Shown piece by piece: positions 63,432 to 64,000 of a DNA stretch of 64,000 nucleotides (position 1 is the stretch's first letter; each line of letters begins with the position of its first letter). This DNA is from Torpedo marmorata (taxonomy: Eukaryota): NCBI GenBank assembly GCA_977017645.1, contig OZ360222.1, positions 103,788,001 to 103,852,000 of the forward strand. Reading direction: 5' to 3'. The position numbers and the translations under genes are program-made. The notes beneath the pieces were generated by a model, which ran no database searches, was not told the DNA's origin, and saw only the letters and a list, made by a program, of their open reading frames with translations.

Positions 63432-63524
63432 CTTAACCATAATAAAGCCATCAAACACCGTCTTTTTTCTATTCTGAGGCAACAGAAGGGGGCACTCGTT
63501 GATCAGGACATCATATCCAGCCAT
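63432..63524 (-). CDS. FANCL: FANCL first coding exon (MAGYDVLINECPLLLPQNRKKTVFDGFIMVK)
   Basis: Hand translation matches the vertebrate FANCL N-terminus (CPLLLPQN..KTV..GFI). ATG has an in-frame TAA just upstream. GT donor at 63431-63430. A ttgcag acceptor lies just upstream at 63547. Confidence 0.95.
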
Positions 63525-64000
63525 GATTTAACATTAAGGTAAAGATCTGCAAGATACAAATATGTTTAGCGACAGAAATTATTTTTATAATTATTCCCAA
63601 ATATATTTCAAAATTTCAACTAATGTCCAATTTTTCCAAATAAAAGAATTTGGTAAATTTTTTAAAAATTACATTGGCAACAGGGCAAGTGTCAAAGGAA
63701 ATCACACATATCTCTTCAAGCCCCAGACAACTAAAAAGCCCCATATTATTTATTGACAAAAGACACTACAGGTACTTCAAATAATTCTACAAATAAATAT
63801 TAAATTACAATTACGACTACCCACTCCCTATTTGTCTTTTTTTCATATCACACAATGAATCGGAATTTGATTTCCAGGCTAGCATTTACCAAAAACACAT
63901 CAAACATCATGTAAAAAGAAAAAGAATATCAGGGCTGTATGTGATGTTGTGTATGTACTCTGATAATAAATCTGAACTTTGAACTTTTTAAAATTCAAAA

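Overview
Vertebrate genomic DNA, most likely an elasmobranch (ray or shark) judging from the CR1/HE1-type SINE, Rex1 and Penelope repeat mix. The whole window lies inside the FANCL gene on the minus strand. Seven small coding exons (63524 down to 1579; 534 nt, 178 aa, all with GT-AG boundaries and consistent phases) were read by hand, and none is called as FANCL in the ORF track. The introns are packed with transposons. These include a full-length decayed L1 with a 14-bp TSD, a compound L1 inserted in a CR1, two Penelope elements with hammerhead motifs, a Tc1, a fold-back Tc1, several Rex1 and CR1 fragments, tRNA SINEs, three solo LTRs and a related LTR with a tRNA-Pro PBS. The most notable items are: (1) an apparently intact Passer-type pogo (DD35D) transposon with arrayed subterminal motifs, an inverted non-autonomous partner and possible excision footprints; (2) an unexplained 95-nt structured, CpG-rich insert in an L1 3' UTR; (3) a Penelope fold-back insertion that turns at the hammerhead stem; (4) non-autonomous pogo/Tigger elements carrying GC minisatellites and long hairpins; (5) several locally templated duplication or inversion scars. 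No database searches were run, so family names rest on recognised motifs.
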